NCBI GenBank assembly: GCA_030141605.1
Contig: JAQGDQ010000323.1
Location: 62,001 to 126,000, forward strand
Length of the DNA stretch: 64,000 bases
DNA from: Tubiluchus corallicola
Taxonomy: Eukaryota > Animalia > Priapulida
Reading direction: 5' to 3'
The position numbers and the translations under genes were made by a program. The notes under the pieces were generated by a model. It was not told the DNA's origin, ran no database searches, and was given only the letters and a program-made list of their open reading frames with translations. Positions 1 to 12,410 of the stretch are shown piece after piece. Numbering within the stretch: position 1 is the first letter of the stretch; every line of letters begins with the position of its first letter.

Positions 1-239
1 AAATGGGCTAGAAAAAAACTTTGAACGTAGAAGACCAAAGAACACTCCAATTCCACAAGTGCACACTGTACATTAACCCTCAAAATTGTAACTGAAGGAG
101 AGGCCACGTTAGTAGGTAAACCTGTACAGTAAAGTAAGCTATAAAGGATGACATAAAAACCTGTCTTTAAGTTCTGTGGTCATACCCTAGTTAATATCGC
201 TAAGCAACAAGTTGAAAAAAAACTGCTTCAAAAGCCTTT

Positions 240-480
240 ATATGATACAATCATATAGTATCAAAGGCGTTTCAACGATCTTCATCAGTTTGATGGAACA
301 TGAATATTAAAAAGATGTTTCGACAAAATTTATCTGTTTGACGGAACACAAAAAATGGGGAATTTGAATTAAGTGACAATTAATTTTTAGAACATCTGTT
401 AAATTCCTTACGTATTTGTGTTCCATTAAACTAATGAAGGTTGTTGAAACGTCTTTGATAATACATTATTGTATAAAATA
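240..480. mobile_element. Foldback (inverted-repeat) element with a minimal hammerhead-ribozyme-like motif on each arm; probably Penelope-like pLTR derived
   Basis: Arm 259-300 is the near-perfect reverse complement of arm ~419-460. Minus strand 260-294 reads ATCAAA-CTGATGA-AGATCGTT-GAAA-CGCC-TTTGAT. Plus strand 425-459 reads ATTAAA-CTAATGA-AGGTTGTT-GAAA-CGTC-TTTGAT. Confidence 0.65.
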
Positions 481-593
481 GTTTTTCTTTAATTTGCTTA
501 CGGTTTAGAATCAATTAATGTACAGCAAATTAACATTGGCAGAGAAACACTATAACGGGCGGTCAATTTCACTACTTTAGTGTACTGTAATCT

Positions 594-1013
594 TTAAAAG
601 TGTAACAAGAAAGCACTTTTCTTATATAAAATTTAAAAAAAATTCATCTGGAAATTTTATATCAACTATATCATATGCTGTCTTGTTGCATACAGAGCTT
701 GCGTTAACAGTATCGCTGTATAAAACTCGTAACTTTAAACTCGTAGCATACTCCAGGCTAAGGAAGCGTTTAAATTACTTTATATTGTCAATAAGATTAC
801 AAAAACGCTTTTGGTTAGTCAGTGGTGCACACTGGGAAGGTGATTCAGTGACGTTTTACCAACTGGCACGAACATTTTAAATTACTAGGAATTTTCTTTT
901 CGAGTTACAGAAGTCTTTCAAGTAAGTAACTGTAAGCGTAACATTAAGTAATATAACTTTGTATGGAAAGTTCGTTGGGACATGCTTCAAAGTTGCCTTT
1001 TCTTCCTCCTCAA
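594..1013. mobile_element. Dispersed non-autonomous DNA element, family A (TTAA-flanked, Kolobok-like)
   Basis: Shares blocks such as GTGGTGCACACTGGGA, TTGTCAATAAGAT and AATATAACTTTGTATGGAAAG with copies at ~19310-19520, 34355-34810, 41670-42052, 52064-53159, 60722-61553 and 63570-63938. Confidence 0.75.
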
Positions 1014-3407
1014 GAAGCCAAGTTAGTATCTAAACATGTACATTAACTTGAACTTTTTAAAAGATGACATCAAAACCTGACTAAAATCGCCGAATTAGCA
1101 GCCAAAAAAGCTTTTCAAGTATGATACTAAAAAGTGGCGGGTTTCCCAAGTGTTGTGAGTACACGAATTATCAAAAGTATAACTGTAGAAGCCGGATTAG
1201 TACCTGTACCCGGGTGACACAAAAAAGGTGAATTGCAAACACCACCATTCTGCCCATCATATCAGTGCCCATCATATCAGATAAAAAGTTCCAATAACAA
1301 GATGACTAAGTGGGAATGCTACTCACTACTTTCTGCGCTTGCTGCTATTTACACGCGTATGTGACAGCCTCAAATTTTTTTCGACATTCGAAGACAGGAC
1401 CGTTTTTTAACTAAACTTCACACCAAGAATGCTTCGAATTCAAAATAAATGTGCTGAACTAGCAGAGGAGAGGAAGTCCGTGCCTCTGATTTATTGCTAT
1501 TCCTAAGGCAGTTTACTGCACGTGACACCAGCGTTGAAAACAGACGCTGTTAACACAGCAGCCAATAGTCAATACTTGCTGCCATGTACATCATGACTAG
1601 AGCTGCCCTTACTTTAGACTCATTTTATTAGCCGGGCGAGCTATAATTTGTGCACAATCGACCTGGAAAGCGGATCTGCCTTCTGGTCCTTCGTGTTTAG
1701 GCCCAGAAAACGGACCAGCATCCATCCCCACACCTTTAGAATGGATCTGCCCTATCAAATACTAGCTCTTCCCAGCTCACAAAACGATCTACACCGCCGC
1801 AACCGTTCACTAGCTGGCTTACTCCTAATTCCGGGACCTGGATCTACCCCGATTTGCAGTTCCTTAGCATAACTGATCCCATTCCTATTTCATGATTTAT
1901 AAATGTTTCATCCCATACCCGCTTGGTTTAACAACAGACAAGCAGCAGAAATATAGAGCGCACGACAACCACTACGTGGCGCCGCATATGAAAGAAATGA
2001 AAATGTCACCGGGGCATTTCTCAACATCATCATCGTCACCATCGTGTATTGATTCACTGGCAAGGGATCAGCCCAGCCCATCCATACGGAGACAGACTAG
2101 ATAGCGGCTTCAATTTGTAGTTTGAATCTTGCGCATGGGTTACAAATTTACAATCTATGACTAATGAATCTGTAACTAATCGAAGTTCGTATAATACGCT
2201 TGACGTACACAAAGACACTGCATAGAGGCGCCACAGTAGAGAGAAACTGTTTTTGCTTAGCAGGCAAAGTTAAGCAATGTTAAGTCTCTTCAGTAAATTA
2301 GTGGGTGACCACTAGCAGTTGTGAATGCTACACTAACCTGGGATTGGTTACTGAGGTTATAAAATAATGCATTTGAACCTACAATTAAGAAAATTCTGCC
2401 AGTTTTGTATCTCATATTAGAAGACTATCCTTGCTAGTAAGTTAAATCCCAGCCTGGAGCACGTCTGTCATGAAGTTGCTATTGGGCATTTTTAGTTCTT
2501 TTCAATTCAACAATTTAATAATTCACCATTTCAACTAAACAATTTAATAATCAAGGGTAAATCTTACACAATTGCAGCAGTAAAACAGTTACATTTATTG
2601 CTAGTTCCTTTTTATAGTAGCTTACACTAATTAAATTATTCATAACAGTGCACTCAAAATAAATAAAGTTTATACGTTACATGCAAATTTAGTAAAATTA
2701 CGCACAAAAAAGTGCCAAACAGCATGCAGGCCTTATTAAAAACTACAGGTCACATAAAAGGTCACATTTTTAATGCAAAAAGCTGGCCCCTGTAGACTTT
2801 GAGAATCCAAGCTGCAGTGGAAGTTAAATTCAGCACTGTACATGATGATAGATTTTTATCAGTTTCACGGAGCAGTTGTTGTAGCCGCGCAGATGTGAAT
2901 CAGCCCTTAGTCGACTATACGTTTGTCAAATTAGCTTAATTCTGCAAAATTTCATCCCGGAAATATCAGAGACCAGGAAAGCCTTTTCCTGACCTGCATG
3001 CCAAACATTCCGCCGGACGATGCATCCAGGCCACTCTAATCGCTCGGCGCGCTATTATCTTGTTATATGATGCTGGTAAAACGTTTACTCTGTTCCACGG
3101 CAAAGGATTTACAACTAGACGGGTGATGACTAGCATTTACCATGCTGCTGAACGCATTCTCCGCAGCGCAAGAAGTCAAAGAGAAGCCAGTTTAGGCACA
3201 TACACTGAAAAGGCTTCCGTAATGACAAGAACACCACATTCGTTTGCATGTTCGTTGTATAATATAATTATACTAACTGCACACGTTTATCATGTAATTA
3301 ACATGTGTTCATTTTATACGCCATAGTGAACATATTAAACGAGGAACACCGAAAATTTCCCAAAGTTAAAGGAAAATTGGGTGGCCTTTCGTACACTATC
3401 CCCGCTT

Positions 3408-4024
3408 CTAAAGGAAGACAGGATGTTTTTTCAGGTACTACCTCCACTTTGAAATACTGCGTAGAACTTTTGAAATGCGGGCTCTTTGAAATAACAGCTA
3501 TAATAATGTCAAACTTGTACTTTCTAATATTTATGCAGTTTCCCATACTTAATTAAAATTTGCAGAGTTTTTGTGCATCACATTGAACGTTGTACAATCG
3601 CACGGTATTTCAATTTTTGCTTTCGCAAACGCGTGCAACACGCTATCGTGGAGTGTTTGCACGGTGGAAGATTATGTTCAATTATGATGTCATCACTAGT
3701 TTTTAAGCCATTGTTTACGTTTAAAAATTAAAATATCAAGTTTACTATTGCGTTCACGCATGATCTCCGGAACTTGTGCGCAACGTCACAACTGAACACA
3801 TCACAACAAAAACGTACAGAACCTGCTTTTACACAACGTGTAGTACCCATCTAACTAGCAAATGGCGAAATGCATTAACAGCGAAAAATTGCCCGCCCAC
3901 GTAAAATTGGGTTTCTGTAGTTATCCCTTTTTCACGTAAGTCATCTTTAAAAAACTACATGTTCCCTTTTAATTTTTTACACTAGATTGCGGTATAGCTT
4001 AAGACTAAGTCTAGTTTTCTTTTA
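3408..4024. mobile_element. Non-autonomous DNA element, family B (Kolobok-like MITE)
   Basis: Starts TAAAGGAAGACAGGATG and ends GTTTTCTTTTAA. The internal CCCATCTAACTAGCAAATGGCGAAATGCA block recurs at 40149-40722 and 52178-52767. Confidence 0.65.
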
Positions 4025-4789
4025 AATATGAGAGACCCGTAATAATAAAAATGCGCACCTTTAATATTTGAATCTTGAACGGGCTACCATATCATAAGCT
4101 TCTTCACGATTAGGGTACGGTCCAGGACTTCTCGTGCCAGTTAATGGCCCGAGAGGGAAAATTTCAATAGCTTATTTTACTAATTAGCTGATTACTTCTA
4201 TCTACTTTTGCATAATGTAATATAAATATGATAAACTATGTGATAGTTCAACAATGTGGTTACTTTCTGGTTTTGCAGACTACATATTCTAAATTACACA
4301 TTACAACTAAGTGAGATACCAGGCAAGTGTTGAAACGTTTTGTAGCTTTGTTTTAATAACGAATACATTTGATGCAATTGTTCTGCGTTTGAGATAATTA
4401 TTATTCTTGAGATTTTCCACAGAAAAATCTAATGCTGATATTCTGCGTGAATGATTTGCAGACGAATCTATACTATCCACGATGGACGTAGATGCCCAAA
4501 TCTTGCCATGTCAACCAATCAGATTATAGTACAGTTATCATATATCGTATATATCGGATATATCATATATAGTACACTACATTATCATATAGTGCTACAT
4601 GTATTAAGTATTCCAAGCTATTAGCTGAGTAACAAGTGGTTAAGAAGCACGCCAACCCAACCAACACCAGGAAGCAAAAAGGTAATAAGCCAATCTCAGT
4701 TGCTACAGTTCAGAGCCAGTTTTGGACCCTTTTCTAGCACATCAGCCATTTTTAATCAGGGGTGGCAAGCAGTACGTGACAAGTGCTAT

Positions 4790-5240
4790 GCAAAGTAATA
4801 TAATCAACGCAGATAGCAAACTTAGACAGAAGAGTCTGGCAAATCGTGTACGAACAGCAGGAACGAAGTAGGAGCTATTACGAACCCTTGAGGAACACCA
4901 TCATCGACTTCATGTAGAGATAAACATCGTCCTTCATAAATAACTTGCAATTTGCAACTGTCGATGCATAAAGATATTGAATCGAGAGAGTACAGCCACC
5001 TACATCGCATGCTGAAGCTTGCAGAGCAGCCCGCAGACCACATCGAAGACTGGACTACGTTAAAGGGTATAACCTAAGCACACCCAGCCGCTCTATTATC
5101 ATGCTGTATAATATGCTCGGTGGAAATTACGACAGCACATCAGCGGTAACGATGTAATTTTCCCCAAACCCTTAAGAATCATTATTCAAGTGAAGCATAT
5201 GTCAAAAACAGTCACCAGATCAGAATACACTTGATCTGGA
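4790..5240 (-). mobile_element. Degenerate CR1/L2-type reverse transcriptase fragment
   Basis: ORF 4822-5043 contains GVPQGFVIAPTSFLLFVHDLP, matching the RT motif GVPQGSVLGPLLFLLFINDLP; it is interrupted by stops. Confidence 0.7.
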
Positions 5241-6514
5241 CGTTAATTCCACTCGGTCCACCAACTCATCCATCTATCCATCCAAACCTTCCTCATTCAT
5301 CCCATCTCCTCGTCCATGTACCAAAAAGGCATACCATATTTCACACATGAAATTCTGTGCACACAAGTTAGAGATACCATCAAGACGAAAGAATCTGAGA
5401 AGCAAAATCACAAAAAACTGGTAGCTCAGATTTTTTAACTCTAACGAAGAGTAATTGGAAAGAGAAGTTAAGTCAACCCTACTTGGTAATGGGTCGCCAT
5501 ATGATTCAGAATCATTATTTTTAATACATTATAATTACTGTTCTCATAGTAGTCAAGCACAATGCCCGGAATCGATGTGACAAATGACATCAGTTCACAA
5601 TAATTTATACAAAAACATTATACTACTGCTATACAGAGTTCTACGTAATTTAGCCTAAACTCATTTAATACTTTAATAATGTTCTATAGTTCACTTTATA
5701 CTAGAGACAGCACAACTTGCTCTACACAGCCTCTATTATCTCTTCTCAGCCTTCTTTTGTTCGTGGCGTATTGTAGATTTGGTCGGATCATAAACTAACA
5801 TAAACGACCATAGAACCTCAGTCTTGAGGAAGAATGGTTTTCATTTATTTTGCCAAACACTTCCCAAGAGAGAATAAATCATTTACTAGTAAAAAACTAA
5901 ATTACAGCAACAACAAATTGTAGGCTTTCTATGTGTACGGCCTTAATAACTGCTTAATGGAAGTGGTCAGTGTACACCTTATAATGGACTTGTCACAATA
6001 AACCACACTTATATAGCAGCAGCTGTACTGGCCAGGGACACAATAGAACATCTATTGATTTGATTAGCATTGCAGTATGGCACAGTCTAGGCCTTAATTG
6101 AGTGCAGCTTTGGAGATGTGTGTGTAAGAGAGAGAGGAATCTAGCTATAATAGATAATCCATTAATTATGGCTTCACCAAGGCACCTCAAGCTTATTAAT
6201 GCATATGGCTTCCTTGTTAGATTCACACAAAACTAGCACGCAGATCAAGTAACTCAAAGCGAAAGAGAAAGCAGACATCTACACTAGTGAAGAGCTGGGA
6301 TTTAGGATTTAGAAAACTTAACAGGGCTCATATTGCAATAAAAGCTTCAAGAAATATACCTATATCGATGTGAACTCGCAGGCAAATAATTCTAAAATTT
6401 GTTAATTATTTGTCTCGCGGTGACTCTAGCTTGGTTTTCGTTCTATACATAAAAACTTGGATTCTATGGCAACTGTAAATACATATCTATAATCTGTTAA
6501 CAGCACAATTAGCT

Positions 6515-6740
6515 TATTACCATCATTTCAGTAACAATAAGCAAAGAGTATGTAGATTGTTCACACATTATCACTGTCATTTCAGAAGCAGAAAGCAAAG
6601 ACTATGTATAATGTTTGCACATTAATATTATCAACATCATTTCGGGACCAGTAAGCAAAGGCTATGTAGGATGTTTGTGCATTGTTACCATCATTTCAGG
6701 AGCAGAAAGCAGAGACCATAGAGAATGTCGGTACATTATT
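6515..6740. repeat. Degenerate tandem repeat, ~4 units of ~55-65 bp
   Basis: Recurring CATCATTTCAG..A.CAG.AAGCAAAG..TATGTA.AATGTTT..ACATT. Confidence 0.8.
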
Positions 6741-7630
6741 GATCCTTAGTGGATGGACTCATTACCGTTTGTCATTTTACGCAGTTTCAACATTGGGCAA
6801 ACAAGGTGCGGGAGTGGGTAGTGTCGTGCAGCATGGATGGTGACGGTGGTTTGTTTTTATATTATAAGTGGTAATCAATATACAGCACTATTACAGAAAA
6901 ATGTTGAATGACTTAAAGGAATTGAAGGAATGGCATCGTCTGAAACCAAAATGTGCCCATTTAGCAGATATGTGCAAGTGTGCATAACCCAATGCTTCAT
7001 ATTCTGGACTAGTTAGGTAATATGTAAACTTTGAACAAAGGGTTTAGAAAATAAAGAGGTGTTTCAATTCCTTAATTTTAATCCATAGTAATCACTGTCA
7101 TTTACATAACAATCAAGGCTGTTCCGTAATTAACCTAAGAAACTTGAAATAAAATAATAATTAAAATTAACAAATCGAAAATCGCAATATCGTCAGTAAT
7201 GTCATTTGTATGCATTTGAGATCTGCAATTTTTCGAAACAGCTACGGGCAAAAGCCAGTTAAGTGATCGTGGCGTGGACTTGCCTACAATAGTTAAGCAC
7301 TGCCAAGCCTGGTTGGTAGATCCACAGGTGACTACCAGGAAGGCTGCTCTATGGAATTACGGCAGTATCGTCTGGTATACTGCTCCTCGCTAAGAGAAAC
7401 TTACACAGTGCCATTTGAACTGTTCAAAGGAAGAGTCGCTAAATAGATTCGCATTAGACTTGCGACTATGCAGACTCGCAATTCTGGCACAAACTACACA
7501 ACAGCTTACACTTTAAACAGAGAGCGTTAAATACAAATTAACTGAACCTTAGCTAGAACAAAGTTTCAAGTTTGAAAAATCATCACTAATTTGATTTCTG
7601 GTCGGAAAATGGAAAATTATCTAAATCATA

Positions 7631-7895
7631 AGGGGCCCTCAGACTAGAGTGCAAAACTTGCTGTGAGTTACTCTCCTGTAGTAAGCACGAGCTGACACTC
7701 AATTCTCTACTCACTGCGAGAAGTGTCAAGAGTAACTCAGTGAGGTGTTCACACTAGAAAAAGTAACTCGACTTGCAACAACTGCCAGAGAGTTTGCAAT
7801 TTCTTGTCGATAGTAACTGGCAAAGCAGTCTATACTTGCGAGTTTGCTGTCAGAGAGATAATTTGTGATATAAAACTCGCTAGTCTGAACGCGTC
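7631..7895. mobile_element. PIF/Harbinger-like MITE (degenerate)
   Basis: Imperfect terminal inverted repeats GGGGCCCTCAGACTAG ... CTAGTCTGAACGCGTC, plus an internal GGTGTTCACACTAG. Confidence 0.45.
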
Positions 7896-7948
7896 AATAG
7901 TGAAATAGTAAATTCACTCATTTAATAAGTTTTAATAAATAACGGTAC

Positions 7949-8026
7949 CTGTATCATATACAGTTGAGATATCCTGTACTCCTCCACGGTGAGTGGGAGA
8001 GGTATCCGATATTCCTTTATCAACAT
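7949..8026 (-). CDS. PITPNM: First coding exon of membrane-associated phosphatidylinositol transfer protein (PITPNM/Nir/RdgB-alpha); no further PITP exon was found in 1-7948, so the gene appears to continue beyond the window start
   Basis: Minus strand translates to MLIKEYRIPLPLTVEEYRISQLYMIQ followed by GT donor (CAG|gtacc). This matches the class IIA PITP N-terminus MLIKEYRIPLPMTVEEYRIAQLYMIQ. The exon acceptor TTACAG is at 8202-8207, so the exon spans 7949-8201 including 5'UTR. Confidence 0.9.
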
Positions 8027-9819
8027 TTTCCTTCACTCTCGAAGCACACCCACTTTTAAAACACTTACAGTACCAGAAATGCTGAATGTAAAATAAGAGC
8101 TGTCTCTGGAGGCGGATCTATGTCTAGGGTGCCTCTTAGTCCAATGGCTGAGCAGTGGGTACTGCTGTCCATAGAGGAAATCTTAAGGCCTGGTAACCAA
8201 CCTGTAATAAATGCAATAGATGTCTTTAAGTTTAATGAATGGAGCAATCAGCTATTTCCTTGTAATGGCTAATGCCGCAGAAATCAATTTTGTGAGACAA
8301 TACTCATTGCACACTAGTGTTAATAATCAGTCTCATTTCTATTACCAATCACTGATATTAAAAAATGATCGACGACTGACAGTTTTTGATGGTGTTTGCA
8401 AACATTTGAAAGGGTTGCATCAGTGTGAAATTAGAACTCTAAGCTTATGACTGTTGCTTTACCTCCTATGCTGTTTTACCTCTAACTGAATGCTGTAGGT
8501 TTTTTTAAATTAAATTAAATTGTAAAACTAAATAGCAGAAATGTGTAACAAAGTGTACAAAATCCCATTCTTATTGTATTAAGCAATCATCGATCACGTT
8601 AATTTATTATTGAGCGCTTAGTCGAATGTCGGAGTCGAAGGAGTTTCGATAAAATCCATTAATCGTAACAGGTATCTAAAATGGGTACTGTTACTGCTGT
8701 TACAATTTATAGTGTGTGTCAAAAACTCGCGAAGCCATGTAGGCATCTATAACATTTGTCCATTCAAAAGCAAAATGAGTCAGAACTATAAAAGTTGTGA
8801 AAAAAAGGGGTAATCTGACATGACATGAATGCGGAAGCATCACAAACCTTTCCAAAAGGCAAATCAGGCAACCTAGTTAACCTGGTGAAAAAGAACAGAA
8901 ATTTTCCACCTGCATTTATTTAACATTAAAATTAAACATATATAGCTGAAACACGCATGCATGTTCTTTTTTGCATGATTTGAAATTTTTCTAGAAATTG
9001 AGCACAAAGCTGCTATTTTCTCGAATCCAACCGTTTTTTACAATTATGATAGGAAGATACAAAAAAAATTTGTGGTATTTTGCAACTTTTTGTTTTCTTT
9101 GCCCTCTATTGCCTAATTTTTCTAAATGAAATTGGCATAAAACAAGTGTGTAATGTTTGCACATGTGATTTTTTCTCTCCCTCTGAACTTGATTTCTAGA
9201 TTTTCCTAACAGCAATTAATTTTTAATTTCCAAGTACGGGACTTTCATATTTCGCACTCATTTATATATACGAGGACAAAAGTCAAATCACTATATAGAA
9301 ATTTCTCCTGTGGCCCAACGTAAGCTCATAAATCAATTACTTGATGCGAATCACAATCGCTGCAGACGAATCTGTCGCTCGATTTCCCGCGAGATGTTAA
9401 TGATGACTACGGCAGTCATGCTTTGCCTGCTAATAAGTCTGACACCACAGAGTATTAACGACATAGTTCTGGTAAATGAGCAAACCAAACGTGCTGGTAT
9501 TGTCGACACTAATGACAGCAGTAGCTGACGCTGTCTGCAGCACGTGCATCATCAATACGCATCTATTCTTATTTATACTCGACATGTTTGCTTGGCGGTC
9601 ACCATGCTAATATTGACAGTAAGCAGTTTAGTTGCCGTAGTGCGTATGCTGTGATAATTATAATGTACAGCTAGATGAACATACTCTGTGCTGATGATAT
9701 CTAAGCTATCCAAGTTATTTTGTAAAAACAGTTTGAAACCCAAGTTACGTTAGTTTGGTTTAGATTAGTGTCGAACAGGTGATGCAAAACTTTTGCAAAA
9801 ACTGATGCAAAAACTTTAC

Positions 9820-10115
9820 AAAAACATTTTTTTCTGGATCACAATGTTTCGACAGCTTTTTGCACCATTGTCAAGTGCTTAAAAAAATTTAAAAAGACTA
9901 CCAACACATTAATGGAAGAAATTTAATTATTTAAAGCATACAGATACAGTAGTGATACATTAGCCAAATTTCCTATTATTGTGTAACAGTTTAATGATTT
10001 ATTGATTTATTTTGCACAATGTTGCTGATAGTCTTTTTAAATTTTTTCAGGCACTTGACAGCAGTGGCAGAAAGAGCTGTCCAAACTGTGCAATTCTGTA
10101 TATAAATGCTTTTGT
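9820..10115. mobile_element. Second foldback element with CTTGACA...TGTCGAAAC motifs on both arms (Penelope-like pLTR-type)
   Basis: GTTTCGACAGC..TGTCAAGTGC..AAAAAATTTAAAAAGACTA (9846-9900) is inverted at TAGTCTTTTTAAATTTTTT..GCACTTGACA..GCTGTCCAAAC (10029-10086). Confidence 0.6.
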
Positions 10116-10314
10116 GACGCCTTCTGCATATACAATTCCTTAATTTTATTTTATAATAAAATTATAAATATATATTTATTGATAAAGCAAGTCTGAAGGC
10201 CTTTCTGGAAGAGAGCAGAACAACTGCTTACTTATAAAAAACCTGCTCATAAATTCAGAAGAAGACTCCAATAAACTAAACTTTAAAAGTGCTTGCAGCT
10301 TTTAGCTATTCATT

Positions 10315-10760
10315 ATAGCTGCATCTCCATTATCAGAAAGACATATTGCTTATGGAACGTGTACAAAGGCGTGCTACAAAAATAATTTTAGGTTGTAAAA
10401 ATTTGACATATTTGGAAAAATCAAAATATTGCAGTCTGACCACGCTTGAATTAAGAAGACACAGTGGAGATCTTACTAAAGTTTATAAAATATTAACTAG
10501 AAAAGAAAACATTTCGCCTGAAAAATTCTTTAATTTAGTATTTGAGTCTAAAGCTAGAGGACATAGTTCAAAACTGTTTAAAGAGCGGTCACGCTTGACA
10601 TTCGTAAATTCATTTACTGTGAGAGTTGTGAATGAATGGAATAATCTGCCTGCCATGGCAATTGTCGCACCAACCGTAGTAGAGTTTAAATCGTTAATCG
10701 ACAATTATTTTGCGCAAAAATATGGGATTTCTATGAGTGTACTCGCTTAACCCCGAATCA
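10315..10760 (+). mobile_element. 3' fragment of a CR1-clade LINE ORF2
   Basis: ERVQRRATK...LTTLELRR..GDL..VYKI...RGHSSKL...RVVNEWNNLP...VVEFKSLID is the typical CR1 ORF2 C-terminus. Confidence 0.9.
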
Positions 10761-11971
10761 TGACAGTATAACAGTATCCATATTTTACTTTTATGGATCC
10801 CATACTGGTGTTTTTGGTCGCTGGTCAGAAACATTCGTAACTGCACTTATAGGCCTGCATTGCACTTTGTTGGAATGAAACAAAGCACTGCTGAAAGTCC
10901 TAATCAATAATACAGCGAGTTTACAAAATCTGCCAATTAATTATTTGTACAAATTGAGCATTTGTTTTCTTTATCTAAAGGAAAATACAAACTGTAAAAA
11001 TTAATAGAACCAGCATTTCAGTTATCCTCTTTTAATTTTTACAAAAAGTGTCAATTGGAAACGTATATAGCTGCTCAACAGATTTTTGGACTTAGAGTTT
11101 TTCTGTACATTAGCGGCTCAGCTTTACCGAATCCCAGCCACTAGTGCACATAGATGCCAATGAGCAATAATTGCTAATTTAAATTTTTGACTCCAACTTG
11201 GGGACTGCAAAAAAGTTGGCATTAAGCGAGTCTGGCGTTATACCAAGACGTATTAATACATACATGTCTATGCAAATAGAGACATGTTGTTTTGCCAAAA
11301 ATTTGGGCATTACGCGAGGTTGGCATTATAAAGGGGGGGGGGCGTTATAACGAATTTTGCATGCAAATTCTGCAGTCTGTTTTTACACTACAGTACAATT
11401 TTATGATAATATTTGAGCAGTCCTGCACGACACACTATAATCACTTCATGGCGACTTACACATAATTTAGCTTCGTTTATTCAACATGCCCTAGACTCTG
11501 TTGCCAATTCAGCCAATTGAGAGCGGGAACTCAGCCGCGTGATTCGTGACAACCACATGGCGAGACAGTTCCTCGTGTGGTTGTACTATCGGGGTCTTGC
11601 GAGTAGGCGAGGTGGGAACCTCGATGTTACAATAGGTAAATATGAATTTGTAGTATGTGTTTTAAGAAATATAGGAGAGAGAAAGAAAGAGTCTCTTGTA
11701 TGTTATACAGACACCTGCAGGTGACGATCTCGTCCACCACTCACTTAATCTCGTCCACTAAAAGGTGGACTGTCCACCCAGGTTGAATAGCACTGCCCTA
11801 GAGTAAAGATCGGAGACGCATTTTTTTTGCCAATCGAATGTCGTCAATTCTAACATGGACCTACTCGAGAATTTTGTTCCTTTTATTGGTACTCAAATGC
11901 AAATGAAACTTTCTTTTGTCTGTCAAAAACAGTATCGTGCAGTTTTTAGCACTCCAAATCTCCAAAGTTAA

Positions 11972-12410
11972 GCTTACCTGTTTTTTAAATCTGGTGATGG
12001 TCAGTCAGTCACAAATGCTTAATTTCGCGCCAAATACGAAAAAGCACAAATTTATCCTCTACAGCAGTCACTCGGTGAGTTAAACTATCACATTGATTTA
12101 GCCTGATTAGTGATTAACTGTTCATCACTCAATTAAATACGTTTTAACTACTTAAGAATAATCTGCAGGCTGCACTGTGACACTTGCATAATTATTTCAT
12201 CTTTGACTTGGTAATTCAATTTAACTATCTCTCGTTACAATTTCTTCTGCATAATACCTCACAAAAACTAACATAGTTTAGTACTCATAATAATCATCTA
12301 CTAAGATCGAAATCACTCGCCGGATTTTCACTTTGCAAAATGCAGTAAGTTGTAGTTCTGTTTTCGCCCACGTGGTAGCAGATGTATACAATTTTTTGGC
12401 GCCGCCTATC
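11972..12410 (-). promoter_or_regulatory. Candidate promoter/first non-coding exon of the PITPNM gene, with E2F-like sites
   Basis: Strong minus-strand donor CAG|GTAAGC at ~11972-11980. TTTCGCGCCAAA at 12023-12034 and TTTTGGCGCC at 12394-12403 are E2F-like; a CACGTG E-box lies at ~12369. Inference only. Confidence 0.35.

Noticed and set aside
1630-1900. GC-richer patch with recurring GGATCT motifs and a 74-aa ORF
   Set aside because: No recognisable protein, splice pattern or second copy in the window; cannot be assigned.
3060-3556. Three 80-90 aa ORFs, considered as further PITPNM exons
   Set aside because: No PITP-like sequence (expected KKSR.E..GEGSGVEIL); they partly overlap a MITE.
6515-6740. 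Regularly spaced repeats (also 37610-37712 and 56660-56870) as CRISPR-like arrays
   Set aside because: Whole units are homologous with no unique spacers, there are no cas genes, and the context is eukaryotic.
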